Shown here piece after piece: positions 55,587 through 64,000 of a stretch of 64,000 nt of DNA (positions are counted from its first letter, which is position 1; every line of letters begins with the position of its first letter). The stretch spans positions 4,509 through 68,508 of the forward strand of contig JAFYQP010000016.1 of the NCBI GenBank assembly GCA_017559855.1, given 5' to 3'. The notes beneath the pieces are model-generated. The model was not told where the DNA came from, made no database searches, and was given only the letters and a program-made list of their open reading frames with translations. Origin of the DNA: Clostridia bacterium. GTDB lineage: Bacteria; Bacillota; Clostridia; Oscillospirales; JAAYXM01. The position numbers and the translations under genes were made by a program.

Positions 55587-57539
55587 TTAATAATCTTTGG
55601 GTTTGCCGCAGTTTACACATTTTTTAGAGAAAAAGCCTTTTAACGCACCGCCGCAGTGCTGACATACACCCGCATTACGGTAGTGTTCTCTTTGTTTACG
55701 TTCACGTTCAAGTTTCTCGCTTTCCTTCTGTGCTTTTTCTGCCATTGCCTGTTCCTGCTTTTCTTTTGCAATTGCTTTTTCTTCACATTCGCGTAACTTC
55801 TCAGCAGAATCTTTCCATTCGCCAATTTCCTTAAATAGTTTAATTGCCATTAAATATTCATTCAGGTCATTTCCACTCATAAGTTCACATGCATTATAAT
55901 ATTTTAAGTCTTTTTCTTTTGCAATTGCTTTTTCTTTATATCCCTTCATGCCATAATGTACAACATTATCTATTCTGACCGTTTCAATAATTCCAAGTTC
56001 AAGAAGTTGTCGCAAGTCATCTTCTAAAGTTCTTTCAATAAATAAGAAGTTGAAATACTTACTTTTTTTAATATCTTTCAGAGTATACGCCCGATCATTA
56101 GAAAGTAAACGTAATATATCCGTTTGACGCAATAGTGACTCTTTTTTACTATGTGTAAAAACGTTTTTGTCAATCTGTTTCAAATACGCAGAATGGTATA
56201 ACTTTACACCTTTTTCAAAAGCTTCAACGGTTCCTTCTTTTAAGAGCCTTGTAACTTCATCTATTGTAATTTTGCTTTCAAATTTTTTCTCGTATTTCCT
56301 TAACCCATTGATCAAACAAGTTACAAGGTATTTCTTTTCCGCTTTTGCCTTAATTTCTTCTAGTAGTGCTTTTTCTTGTGCATCGGCAAAACGAACTGCT
56401 CTTGCGAAATCTTTAAATGTATCTATTCTTATCATGTAGTTATCAATTTCTTCAACCGAAGAGATTTGCATTGTTGCAAGGAACTTTCCAAGATATGCTT
56501 TTGAATCTTCCGGATTTTCATCAAGTGCCTTATCAAAATATTCATCTGCTTTTGTAAAATCTTTATCTTCCAAATAAATATATCCACGTTTTGTCATCGC
56601 TCCGCTTGAAGAAATTGTTTTCTCAATCACGTTATGTTCTTTGGCTTCTTTTTGAATAAACCTTTCAACATTATCAGTTAAGTTCTTAAAAAATGTAACT
56701 TCTCCCATATCAAGTGCCTGGAGATTTTTAAACTCCTTGGGGATATCGTATGCATCGATATTCTTAAAACACGGGATAAGATGCTTTGAGGAATCATCCT
56801 GCATCATAGCAAGGTATCTGCCCCATTCGTTCTTTACCCAGGGTGCATCGTAATAGTCAAACTTTGTACCGATTGCAAGCATTACCTTTGCAGACTTAAG
56901 TGCTGCATAGATGTACGGTTCATACTCCGTACCCGCTTTTCCTCGCAGTGTTACACGAGAAAAGAACACCTTGTATCCCGCTGAAATGAGTTCAGTATAA
57001 ATATCCTGTGCGATACTGCTATCTTCGGTTCTTCCTTTTGTTACGTCATCGGTTTCCTTGTAGCAGATGAAGATGTCATACGGCTCTTCGCCTTCTACAA
57101 TTTCAATAATCTTCCGTTGTATTTTATCGATGGTCTTCGCCTCGTCACGGTAGATTGCACGTGCGGTGGTATCCGCATATTCACATGCAAGGTCGAAATT
57201 GGGATCGTCCATAACAGACGTGGTTATGGTTCTGTGGCAAGTGGGGATTTTCTTGCCGGTAACGCTATCATCAACATATTCAATTCCATATGTACAGAGA
57301 ACTAAACCCCAATAGCCTTCCGACTCCTCAGGATATTCCGCAACGATACTTTCATAAACTCCCGCCGCCTTATCGAAGTTATTTTCCATACGAAGGCGAT
57401 TTGCACGATTGAATAGATTTGCCTTCTTCTCGTCATCCGCACCCGCCACGGTTTGTGTCGAGCCGCAATATTCACATTCTATTACCTTTTCGTCGGTTAC
57501 CTTAAGGTCGCCGCCGCACATTTTACATTTGTAAACCAC
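55587..57539 (-). CDS. Zn-ribbon/TPR-TIR protein with an AT-rich helical C-terminal region and a C-terminal Zn ribbon (intact paralogue)
   Basis: This 650-aa ORF uses a GTG start behind AGGAGGGG, 18 nt after the paaI stop. N-terminal motifs are CKMCGG...CEYCG. TIR-like motifs are YDIFICYKETDD...APWVKNEWGRY. The C-terminal motif is CQHCGG...CVNCG. Confidence 0.85.
   Translation of the reverse strand: MVYKCKMCGGDLKVTDEKVIECEYCGSTQTVAGADDEKKANLFNRANRLRMENNFDKAAGVYESIVAEYPEESEGYWGLVLCTYGIEYVDDSVTGKKIPTCHRTITTSVMDDPNFDLACEYADTTARAIYRDEAKTIDKIQRKIIEIVEGEEPYDIFICYKETDDVTKGRTEDSSIAQDIYTELISAGYKVFFSRVTLRGKAGTEYEPYIYAALKSAKVMLAIGTKFDYYDAPWVKNEWGRYLAMMQDDSSKHLIPCFKNIDAYDIPKEFKNLQALDMGEVTFFKNLTDNVERFIQKEAKEHNVIEKTISSSGAMTKRGYIYLEDKDFTKADEYFDKALDENPEDSKAYLGKFLATMQISSVEEIDNYMIRIDTFKDFARAVRFADAQEKALLEEIKAKAEKKYLVTCLINGLRKYEKKFESKITIDEVTRLLKEGTVEAFEKGVKLYHSAYLKQIDKNVFTHSKKESLLRQTDILRLLSNDRAYTLKDIKKSKYFNFLFIERTLEDDLRQLLELGIIETVRIDNVVHYGMKGYKEKAIAKEKDLKYYNACELMSGNDLNEYLMAIKLFKEIGEWKDSAEKLRECEEKAIAKEKQEQAMAEKAQKESEKLERERKQREHYRNAGVCQHCGGALKGFFSKKCVNCGKPKDY
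56680..57539 (-). repeat. Conserved 5' module (Zn ribbon, TPR and TIR), copy 2, direct repeat of 53440..54302
   Basis: See copy 1. A second short conserved block covers the last 38 codons plus the stop (55587-55703 versus 51825-51941). Confidence 0.8.
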
Positions 57540-57557
57540 ACTTTTCCCCTCCTAAAA

Positions 57558-57965
57558 TTATTTTAGATATTCTATCTCACCTTTTTTAAAGCCTGTTACA
57601 CTCATTTTTGCAACGAGTTTTTCGCTATCGTCAAAAACCTCAACATCGCAGAATGCAACGCTTCTTGTTTCACGGCACACTTTAGCGATAGCAGTCATTT
57701 TGCCCTTTGGCGGTGATATGAAAGAAATATTATTCTCTAGTGACACGGTAAGGTTACCTGTACAATTTGTTGCAACAGCAAACGCAAAATCAGCAAGGGT
57801 GAAAGTAAGGCCGCCTTGAACGGCATTTCCCGCATTCATATGATTTTCATTGGGCACGACCGTGCACTTAGCATAACCTTCGTCTACCTCTTCAATCACA
57901 ATTCCCTGTCCCATTGCGAAGGTGTCTGCTAAAAAGAATTTTCTTACTTTTTCAATATCTACCAT
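57558..57965 (-). CDS. PaaI-family hotdog-fold thioesterase
   Basis: A 135-aa protein with the NAGNAVQGGLTFTLADFA motif typical of PaaI/YigI-type thioesterases. Confidence 0.75.
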   Translation of the reverse strand: MVDIEKVRKFFLADTFAMGQGIVIEEVDEGYAKCTVVPNENHMNAGNAVQGGLTFTLADFAFAVATNCTGNLTVSLENNISFISPPKGKMTAIAKVCRETRSVAFCDVEVFDDSEKLVAKMSVTGFKKGEIEYLK

Positions 57966-57971
57966 TTTAAT

Positions 57972-59714
57972 CTATCCTTTTCTAAGTTTGTTTATTAGTT
58001 CCTCATCCGGAGTTACGTATGCGGTATAGTATTTGTCATAGGTCACCATACCGGGTTTTGAGCCGGGCGGTTTCTTAACGTTACGCACTTGTGTATAATC
58101 CACCGGCACCATTGAAGATGACTTTGCACGTGAGTAATACGCCGCAATCATTGCCGCCTCGGTATAGGTACGGTCAGGCAATTCCCTGCCCGAACACTCA
58201 ACTATTACGTGACTGCCCGGAATTTTTTGCGTATGGAACCACAAATCGCCCTTCATTGCACTCTTCATCGTGAGAAGGTCGTTTTGCTTATTATTGCGTC
58301 CTGCATAAATTCTGAAACCGTCGCTTGATAAAAATTCACGAGGAGCAAGAGGCCGCACTTTACGCTTACTAAATTGTGCACGAAGATACCCCGCTTCCGC
58401 AAGTTCATCGCGGATTTCGGCTATATCACGTTCGCCCTCTGCCTGAAGTAACATCTGCATAACGCTATCTAAATATGCAAGTTCATCTTCACCTATTTTA
58501 ATTTGTTCGTTTAAGTAAAGTTCCGCATTTTTCATTCGATGATAGGTTTTATAATACTTTGCGGCATTTTGTTGCGGACTTAGACGAACGTCAAGTTTTA
58601 TCTCGATTTCTTCGCAATTATCAGTAAAGAAATTCTGTGCTATCAGTTTATCGTCACCTTTGCTTAACCGATAGATATTAGCGGTTATTATATCGCCCCA
58701 TTCACGATACTTTTCTCTGCCTAATGCCTCCTGAATTTCCTTTTTCTGTGTCCAGAGTTTTCGCTCTACCCTTGCATATGCGTTCTTAACCGTTTTAAGA
58801 AGTGTCTGGGATTTTGAACGGATACGTTCATCCCCGTCTCTTTTTGAATAAAACATATCAAGCAATACAGAAAGGTCCGATACCGTCTCTTTCTTATAAT
58901 GCCCATCATATTGTGTAATATCACAGAAAGAAAAATCCACCGGTTTATTTTCATCAAATAAAATCGTCGGAGTACATTTACCGCAGGCAATTTCATTTAC
59001 TGCATTTGCAATCCTCTCACGGGTTGCAAGGTCTGCCTGACACAAATATACATCGGTATTACCGCAGGCTCTAAAGGAGACCTCACGTGCGGTAAGGGGT
59101 GAAAAGCCAAGAAAATTTGAAACTACCCATTTATCAATGGTGACTTCCGAATCGTCATTTACCAGCATATTCAGGATATCCGCACGACTCATATCCCGTG
59201 CGTCACGCTTATCCTGTGCCGGCGGCAGTTCATAAAAAAGACCGGGCAACACCTGATGACGGTCGCTTGTATCAAAATCAACTCGTTTTAATGAGTCTAA
59301 AATTCTGTCCTCAGCGTCACGGAGCACGATGTTCGAGTATCTTCCCATAAGTTCAACCGTTATTGTCTTTTTACTCGCAATGCCCATCTCGTCGTTCACC
59401 TCGACGGTGATATCGATTATTCTTTCAAGCCTCGGCTGGGTAATCGAAACGATTCTGCCACCTGCAAAATATTTACGCAAAAGCATACAGAACATAGGCG
59501 GAGTTTGCGGATTTTCACGGGTTTTATCCGTTAAATGAACACGGGGATAGTTTGCCCCTGCAGAAAGTAAAAGTCTGCAACTGCCACTTGTGCCACGTAA
59601 ATTTGCAACAATCTCATCACGTTCGGGTTGGTGAATTTTATCAATTCGTGCAAGTGCTAACTTACTATTTAATTCGACGGCGAGATGTGACAGAAAAAGT
59701 GCATCAAGTGCCAT
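57972..59714 (-). CDS. rqcH: Ribosome quality control protein RqcH (NFACT / fibronectin-binding protein A family)
   Basis: NFACT-N (MALDALFL..L...L...RIDKIHQP), a coiled coil and NFACT-R (GRNNKQND...DLWFHTQKIPGSHV). Confidence 0.85.
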   Translation of the reverse strand: MALDALFLSHLAVELNSKLALARIDKIHQPERDEIVANLRGTSGSCRLLLSAGANYPRVHLTDKTRENPQTPPMFCMLLRKYFAGGRIVSITQPRLERIIDITVEVNDEMGIASKKTITVELMGRYSNIVLRDAEDRILDSLKRVDFDTSDRHQVLPGLFYELPPAQDKRDARDMSRADILNMLVNDDSEVTIDKWVVSNFLGFSPLTAREVSFRACGNTDVYLCQADLATRERIANAVNEIACGKCTPTILFDENKPVDFSFCDITQYDGHYKKETVSDLSVLLDMFYSKRDGDERIRSKSQTLLKTVKNAYARVERKLWTQKKEIQEALGREKYREWGDIITANIYRLSKGDDKLIAQNFFTDNCEEIEIKLDVRLSPQQNAAKYYKTYHRMKNAELYLNEQIKIGEDELAYLDSVMQMLLQAEGERDIAEIRDELAEAGYLRAQFSKRKVRPLAPREFLSSDGFRIYAGRNNKQNDLLTMKSAMKGDLWFHTQKIPGSHVIVECSGRELPDRTYTEAAMIAAYYSRAKSSSMVPVDYTQVRNVKKPPGSKPGMVTYDKYYTAYVTPDEELINKLRKG

Positions 59715-60509
59715 CTATTCTGCCTCCTCTATTTTAAAATGACAAAAAGGTACGCAACTATTCTCCGCACAGTTAATATTAAGTTCGGGGAATTTTCCAC
59801 GTAATTTATCGCAAAGTTTGCTAACAATTACGTTTTCCGTTGAAAAATGACCTGCGTCTATAAGGTTAATTTTACGTTCAATCGCTTCAAGCCATACGGA
59901 ATGTTTTACGTCCGCTGTGATAAAAGTGTCACAACCTGCATTTACTGCATCCTTTAGCATACCACCGCAGGAGCCGCCACCTACCGCGACTCGTTTAACC
60001 TTGTCATTTGCTTTTGAATAACGAAGCCCGTCAATGCCGAGTTTCTCCGCTACATTTGCAAGAAATTCATCAAAATCCGTTTCACATTCAAGGTCACCAA
60101 ATCTTCCGATACCCACATCTTCAATGGGTTCTAAATATCCTTCTTTGGATATTCCGATAATGTCTGCAAGAGTGTCGTTTACTCCATCGATTGCAGCGTC
60201 AAGATTTGTGTGCATACAAATTGCAGAAATTTTGTTTATCAAAAGGCCGATAACGTGATTGGCTGTACTATCGCCTACCACCACACTTTTCATAGGTTCA
60301 AAAATTACCGGATGGTGGGAGACGATAAGATTGGCACCCTTTTCCTTTGCTTCACGAATCACATTATCTGTTATGTCAAGTGCTACAAGTATACCGGCGA
60401 CTTCTCGTTCACCATGTCCTACAAGCAGTCCCACATTATCAAACCCAAGTGCATATTTCATCGGTGCAATTTCATTTAAAAAATCCAAAACTTCTTTTGT
60501 TCTTATCAT
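59715..60509 (-). CDS. Nif3-like dinuclear metal centre protein
   Basis: SHHP, HTNLD and GGGSG-like motifs. The start is ATG 60509 behind GGGAGGG, abutting the trmK stop. Confidence 0.85.
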   Translation of the reverse strand: MIRTKEVLDFLNEIAPMKYALGFDNVGLLVGHGEREVAGILVALDITDNVIREAKEKGANLIVSHHPVIFEPMKSVVVGDSTANHVIGLLINKISAICMHTNLDAAIDGVNDTLADIIGISKEGYLEPIEDVGIGRFGDLECETDFDEFLANVAEKLGIDGLRYSKANDKVKRVAVGGGSCGGMLKDAVNAGCDTFITADVKHSVWLEAIERKINLIDAGHFSTENVIVSKLCDKLRGKFPELNINCAENSCVPFCHFKIEEAE

Positions 60510-60510
60510 T

Positions 60511-61185
60511 TTATTCCCTCCCGTCACGTCGTCTCGCAAGTTGTGAAATTAATTTTTTCATATTTTCAATTTCAATCGCATCTGCGTTTTCCGCCATTTC
60601 CATACCTTTTAAAGCGGCTGTCATTCTTTTTATCGTCTTATTAAGAAAAACAGGTGCATCCGGGTGTGAAAGGTCGGATAAATACAAGTCGGCAACCGTC
60701 CACGCCTTACATTCACCGCCCTCGGCAACGATTATTGCATATACTCTGTCCTTTTCAACCGCAATATCCTCTTTTATTATCTTATATCCGTTTTCAAAAA
60801 GAAAACGACGGAGAACATCACCCATTGACATCGGTTGCAGAATAAGCCGTGTGCCGTTTTTCGTCCACTCTGCACGTTTTAATATATCTCGTATCAACTC
60901 TCCGCCCATACCGGCAATTATCACCGTATCGCAGGGCAGGATGCCGTCCAGACCGTCACAACGGATGCAAGTGATTTTACCGCAAAGTCCTGCATCAGAA
61001 ACCGCAGAACGTGCTTTTTCAATAGGCCCCTCGTTTACGTCACTTACGGTCATATTTTTAACTTTATCCGTTTGTGCGAGGAAAATACCAACTTGTGCGT
61101 GGTCGCAACCTACGTCCACGGCGGTATTACACGGTATTACATTGTCAACAATCGCCTTTAAGCGAGGTGTAAGTGATACATTCAT
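60511..61185 (-). CDS. trmK: tRNA (adenine22-N1)-methyltransferase
   Basis: LTPRLKAI...VDVGCDHAQ...IAGMGG pattern, with conserved pairing to nif3. Confidence 0.8.
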   Translation of the reverse strand: MNVSLTPRLKAIVDNVIPCNTAVDVGCDHAQVGIFLAQTDKVKNMTVSDVNEGPIEKARSAVSDAGLCGKITCIRCDGLDGILPCDTVIIAGMGGELIRDILKRAEWTKNGTRLILQPMSMGDVLRRFLFENGYKIIKEDIAVEKDRVYAIIVAEGGECKAWTVADLYLSDLSHPDAPVFLNKTIKRMTAALKGMEMAENADAIEIENMKKLISQLARRRDGRE

Positions 61186-61275
61186 ATTTTTTCTCCTGTT
61201 ATATATCTATAAAAAAACCCTTGCCTCTTCACATTAGCCGGAAAAGGCAAAGGGTTTTGCTGCTTGACCTATTAA

Positions 61276-61473
61276 TTATGCAAGGTGAGCGTTAATTTTA
61301 GCAAGTAATGCGTCCATGTCAACACCGTGAACCGCACAAGCCTGCTCAATGGTCTCACCACGGGATGCGGGGCAACCTAAGCAATGCATACCGATTTCCA
61401 AGAAATAAGCCGCAGTACTGGGATCAAAATCCAGAACGTCGCCAATAATGGTATCTTTGGTAACTTCAGTCAT
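61276..61473 (-). CDS. DUF1858 (hybrid-cluster-protein-associated redox disulfide) domain protein
   Basis: A 65-aa protein reading TIIGDVLDFDPSTAAYFLEIGMHCLGCPASRGETIEQAC. Confidence 0.75.
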   Translation of the reverse strand: MTEVTKDTIIGDVLDFDPSTAAYFLEIGMHCLGCPASRGETIEQACAVHGVDMDALLAKINAHLA

Positions 61474-61534
61474 TTCAAAAACCTCCTTTACTAATATTAT
61501 GATACATTAAAAATCATTATTTTTCAATAGTTTT

Positions 61535-62251
61535 TTAAGATTTATTTTCCGCACGTCGCTTTGCAATTTCCTCGTGGAGATAATCAAGTGCATCACTAAG
61601 ACCGCCAAGCGTATCCACAAGGCCTACCTTTACCGCTTCATTTCCGTCTATAACACTTCCCACATCGGTTGCAAGTTCCCCCACTCGCAACATATATTCC
61701 CTGAATTTATCCTCACCGATATTAGAATTTTTGGTTACAAAAGTCACTATTCGCTCCTGCACACGCTCGAAATAGTTATAGGTTTGCGGTGTCCCAACGA
61801 CAAGTCCGTTCATTCGCACCGGGTGAATTGTCATAGTGGCACTCGGTGCAATCATTGATTTTTGTGCCGCAACAGCAAGAGGGACGCCGATTGAATGACC
61901 ACCGCCTAAAACAAGTGATACCGTGGGTGTTTTCATACTTGATATAAGTTCCGCAATGGCAAGTCCTGCTTCAATATCACCACCAACAGTATTAAGGAGT
62001 ATTAAAAGACCGTCTATGTCGTCACTTTCTTCAATTGCGGCAAGTTGCGGACACACATGCTCATATTTTGTTGTTTTGTTTTCAGACGGCAGTACCATAT
62101 GCCCCTCTACCTGTCCCGCTATTGTGATGCAATGGATATTGCCTTTTGACGAGTGTGCGGTTATTGAACCGTATTCAATTATTTCCTCTCTATCCTGCTC
62201 TCTTATGTCGGTATTTTTTTCGTGCATATTAACTCTTCCCCTTTGGAACAT
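61535..62251 (-). CDS. tepA: ClpP-class peptidase, TepA-like
   Basis: ClpP/crotonase fold with [14 protein letters not shown] and GGGHSIG motifs. Confidence 0.7.
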   Translation of the reverse strand: MFQRGRVNMHEKNTDIREQDREEIIEYGSITAHSSKGNIHCITIAGQVEGHMVLPSENKTTKYEHVCPQLAAIEESDDIDGLLILLNTVGGDIEAGLAIAELISSMKTPTVSLVLGGGHSIGVPLAVAAQKSMIAPSATMTIHPVRMNGLVVGTPQTYNYFERVQERIVTFVTKNSNIGEDKFREYMLRVGELATDVGSVIDGNEAVKVGLVDTLGGLSDALDYLHEEIAKRRAENKS

Positions 62252-62318
62252 ATTTTAATTTATTTTAACCACATGTGCACAAAAAAATACAAGGCAGGTA
62301 TTCACCCGCCTTGACAAT

Positions 62319-63707
62319 TTAATTTTTAAAGAATGCCTTTGTTGCTTTATATGCCATATAAACATCAAGTTTTGACACAACCTCAAAAGGTGCGTGCATA
62401 CTGAGTACGGGAACGCCCGCATCAATTGTGCTTATATTACGCTCTGCCATATACATAGCAACCGTTCCGCCGCCGCCCTGGTCTACTTTACCAAGAGCAC
62501 CCATCTGCCAAATTACACCGTCTGCATCAAAAACATTCCGCATATGTGCAACAAGTTCTGCCGCCGCATCACTTGCACCGGATTTTCCACGGGATCCGGT
62601 ATATTTACAAAGGGTAATGCCCGAGTTTATAAGTGCACCGTTGCGTTTATCCAGAACTTCAGGGAAATTAGGATCAAAACCAACAGCAACGTCTGCGGAC
62701 ATACAGGTAGAGTTTTCATAGCATACACGCACTCTTGCATTCTGCATTTCACAAAGATCCTCCATAAAGGTATCAAAGTGAGCACTCTTCATACCACTTA
62801 CACCTTCAGAACCGATTTCCTCTTTATCTGCAAGGATGCAAATTGACGTATACTCCGGTGTGTCACCCTCTGCAATTGCACGAAGTGCAGGGTATGCACA
62901 TACGCGGTCGTCGTGACCGTAAGCCCCAATAAGAGATCTGTCAAATCCCACGTCACGTGCGTCAAAAGCAGGTACAACCATAAGTTCGGCAGAAAGGAAG
63001 TCCTCCTCCACAATACCGTACTGTTCATTTAATATGTTAAGGATATTGAGTTTGACAAGTTCATCACCCTCACCCTCAAGAGGACGGCTTCCGATTAATA
63101 CATTAAGACTCTCGCCCGGAACACCTTCAGATAAACTCTTCTGCATTTGGTCTTTGCCAAGATGCGGAAGAAGGTCGGTAATTGTAAAGATCGGATCATC
63201 AGGATTACTGCCAACGGAAATTTTAACGGTTTTTCCGTTTTTGAGAGCAACAACGCCACGAAGTTCAAGGGGAATTGTGGGCCATTGATATTTCTTTATA
63301 CCGCCGTAGTAGTGGGTTTTGAATAGGCAAAGTCCGCTATCTTCATACACGGGATTTTGCTTCAAATGTATACAAGGAGCATCGATGTGAGCCGCAGCAA
63401 TACGAGCACCGTCTTCCATCCCTTTATTACCGATTACCGCGAATATGACCGCCTTATTTCGATTGTTTGCGTACACCTTGTCACCGGTTTTTAACGTCAT
63501 ACCCCGTTTAAATTCTTTGAAACCGCGACCTTCCGCATAAGCAATCGCAAATTCAACCGCATCACGCTCGGTCTTGGCAATATTTAAAAATTTCTTGTAG
63601 CTCTCGCAAAAGTCGTTGATTTCTTTTAAATCAACCTGTTTTTTATAACCGCTCTCCCTCTTATAACAGAGTTTTTCTTTTAATTCTTCATTTTTCACGA
63701 TAAACAC
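62319..63707 (-). CDS. M18 family aminopeptidase
   Basis: AAHIDAPC, HYYGGIKKYQW, GHDDRVC, DKEEIGSEG and SMHAP motifs. Confidence 0.8.
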   Translation of the reverse strand: MFIVKNEELKEKLCYKRESGYKKQVDLKEINDFCESYKKFLNIAKTERDAVEFAIAYAEGRGFKEFKRGMTLKTGDKVYANNRNKAVIFAVIGNKGMEDGARIAAAHIDAPCIHLKQNPVYEDSGLCLFKTHYYGGIKKYQWPTIPLELRGVVALKNGKTVKISVGSNPDDPIFTITDLLPHLGKDQMQKSLSEGVPGESLNVLIGSRPLEGEGDELVKLNILNILNEQYGIVEEDFLSAELMVVPAFDARDVGFDRSLIGAYGHDDRVCAYPALRAIAEGDTPEYTSICILADKEEIGSEGVSGMKSAHFDTFMEDLCEMQNARVRVCYENSTCMSADVAVGFDPNFPEVLDKRNGALINSGITLCKYTGSRGKSGASDAAAELVAHMRNVFDADGVIWQMGALGKVDQGGGGTVAMYMAERNISTIDAGVPVLSMHAPFEVVSKLDVYMAYKATKAFFKN

Positions 63708-63715
63708 TCCGTTTC

Positions 63716-64000
63716 TTATAAAACTTTGGAAATAATATTTCTTATTTGACCGTCAACATCGGTCTCGCCGTTATTTTCTATTATATAATCGCATTTTCTG
63801 CGATAATAATCCTCTTTTTGCTGTGCTCTCACTCTTGTACGAGCACGGGGCACACTTAAATCATCCCGTTCTACAATACGGTCTATACGCAGATTTTCAT
63901 CGGCAATTACCCCGATTGTAACGTCACATATATTAGAAAGTCCGCTCTCAAATAATGCAATGGCATCAATAATAACGAACTCATCATTCACGCAATAACA
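63716..64000 (-). CDS. coaE: Dephospho-CoA kinase, 3' part (the gene runs off the window)
   Basis: It shows the C-terminal CoaE pattern (VIIDAIALFESGL...R..R...RD). The P-loop is absent and the frame stays open to position 64000. Confidence 0.7.
   Translation of the reverse strand, partial: CYCVNDEFVIIDAIALFESGLSNICDVTIGVIADENLRIDRIVERDDLSVPRARTRVRAQQKEDYYRRKCDYIIENNGETDVDGQIRNIISKVL

Noticed and set aside
51825-57539. The TIR genes as a Thoeris (ThsB) or CBASS/Pycsar/SPARTA component.
   Set aside because: No ThsA-like SIR2/SLOG gene, CD-NTase, cyclase, Argonaute/APAZ or cap gene is anywhere in the window. The proteins are also far larger and differently built than ThsB.
60347-61237. A 296-aa plus-strand ORF covering trmK and nif3.
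   Set aside because: It is antisense to two well-supported genes. Its product is low-complexity (Ser/Pro/Ile-rich) with no motifs and no ribosome-binding site. This is a typical shadow ORF.

Overview
This window looks like a chromosomal segment of a spore-forming Firmicute, probably Clostridia-like, with moderate G+C by eye. TAG, TAA and TGA are all used as ordinary stops. Almost everything is tightly packed housekeeping:
- dcw-distal division genes: yggS-sepF-yggT-divIVA
- the conserved miaB-mutS-mutL-miaA-hfq block
- coaW, murC, spoVG, nth, an AraC regulator with galM, an acyl-ACP thioesterase, guaB, a ZIP transporter, RNase J, tex, an orphan DegT aminotransferase, hslO
- a complete ten-gene hisZGDCBHAFIE operon with rlmA translationally coupled to its end
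- an alpha/beta SASP, tRNA-Thr(CGU), a long Prs paralogue, an aldo/keto reductase, the ACT-hom-lysC operon, ytvI, a gamma-carbonic-anhydrase-like protein, an SNF transporter
- pncB-rpiB-tsaB-tsaE-fhs, the trmK-nif3-rqcH-paaI operon, DUF1858, tepA, an M18 aminopeptidase and the 3' part of coaE

Three real genes fall below the 60-aa ORF-track cutoff: a 59-aa SASP, a 26-aa SpoVM-like peptide and a 49-aa membrane peptide.

The only accessory-looking locus is 51.8-57.5 kb. Two recently related paralogues there encode Zn-ribbon/TPR-TIR proteins with conserved 5' and 3' ends but different middle (sensor-like) domains. One carries a seven-blade RCC1-like propeller; the other carries an AT-rich helical region. 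They bracket an FtsW/RodA-family gene. The propeller copy is interrupted by one in-frame TAG. The other copy is the last gene of the rqcH operon. No partner gene of any described TIR system is present, so this is my best candidate for an undescribed TIR-based system. All functional calls rest on motif recognition by eye, because no searches could be run.
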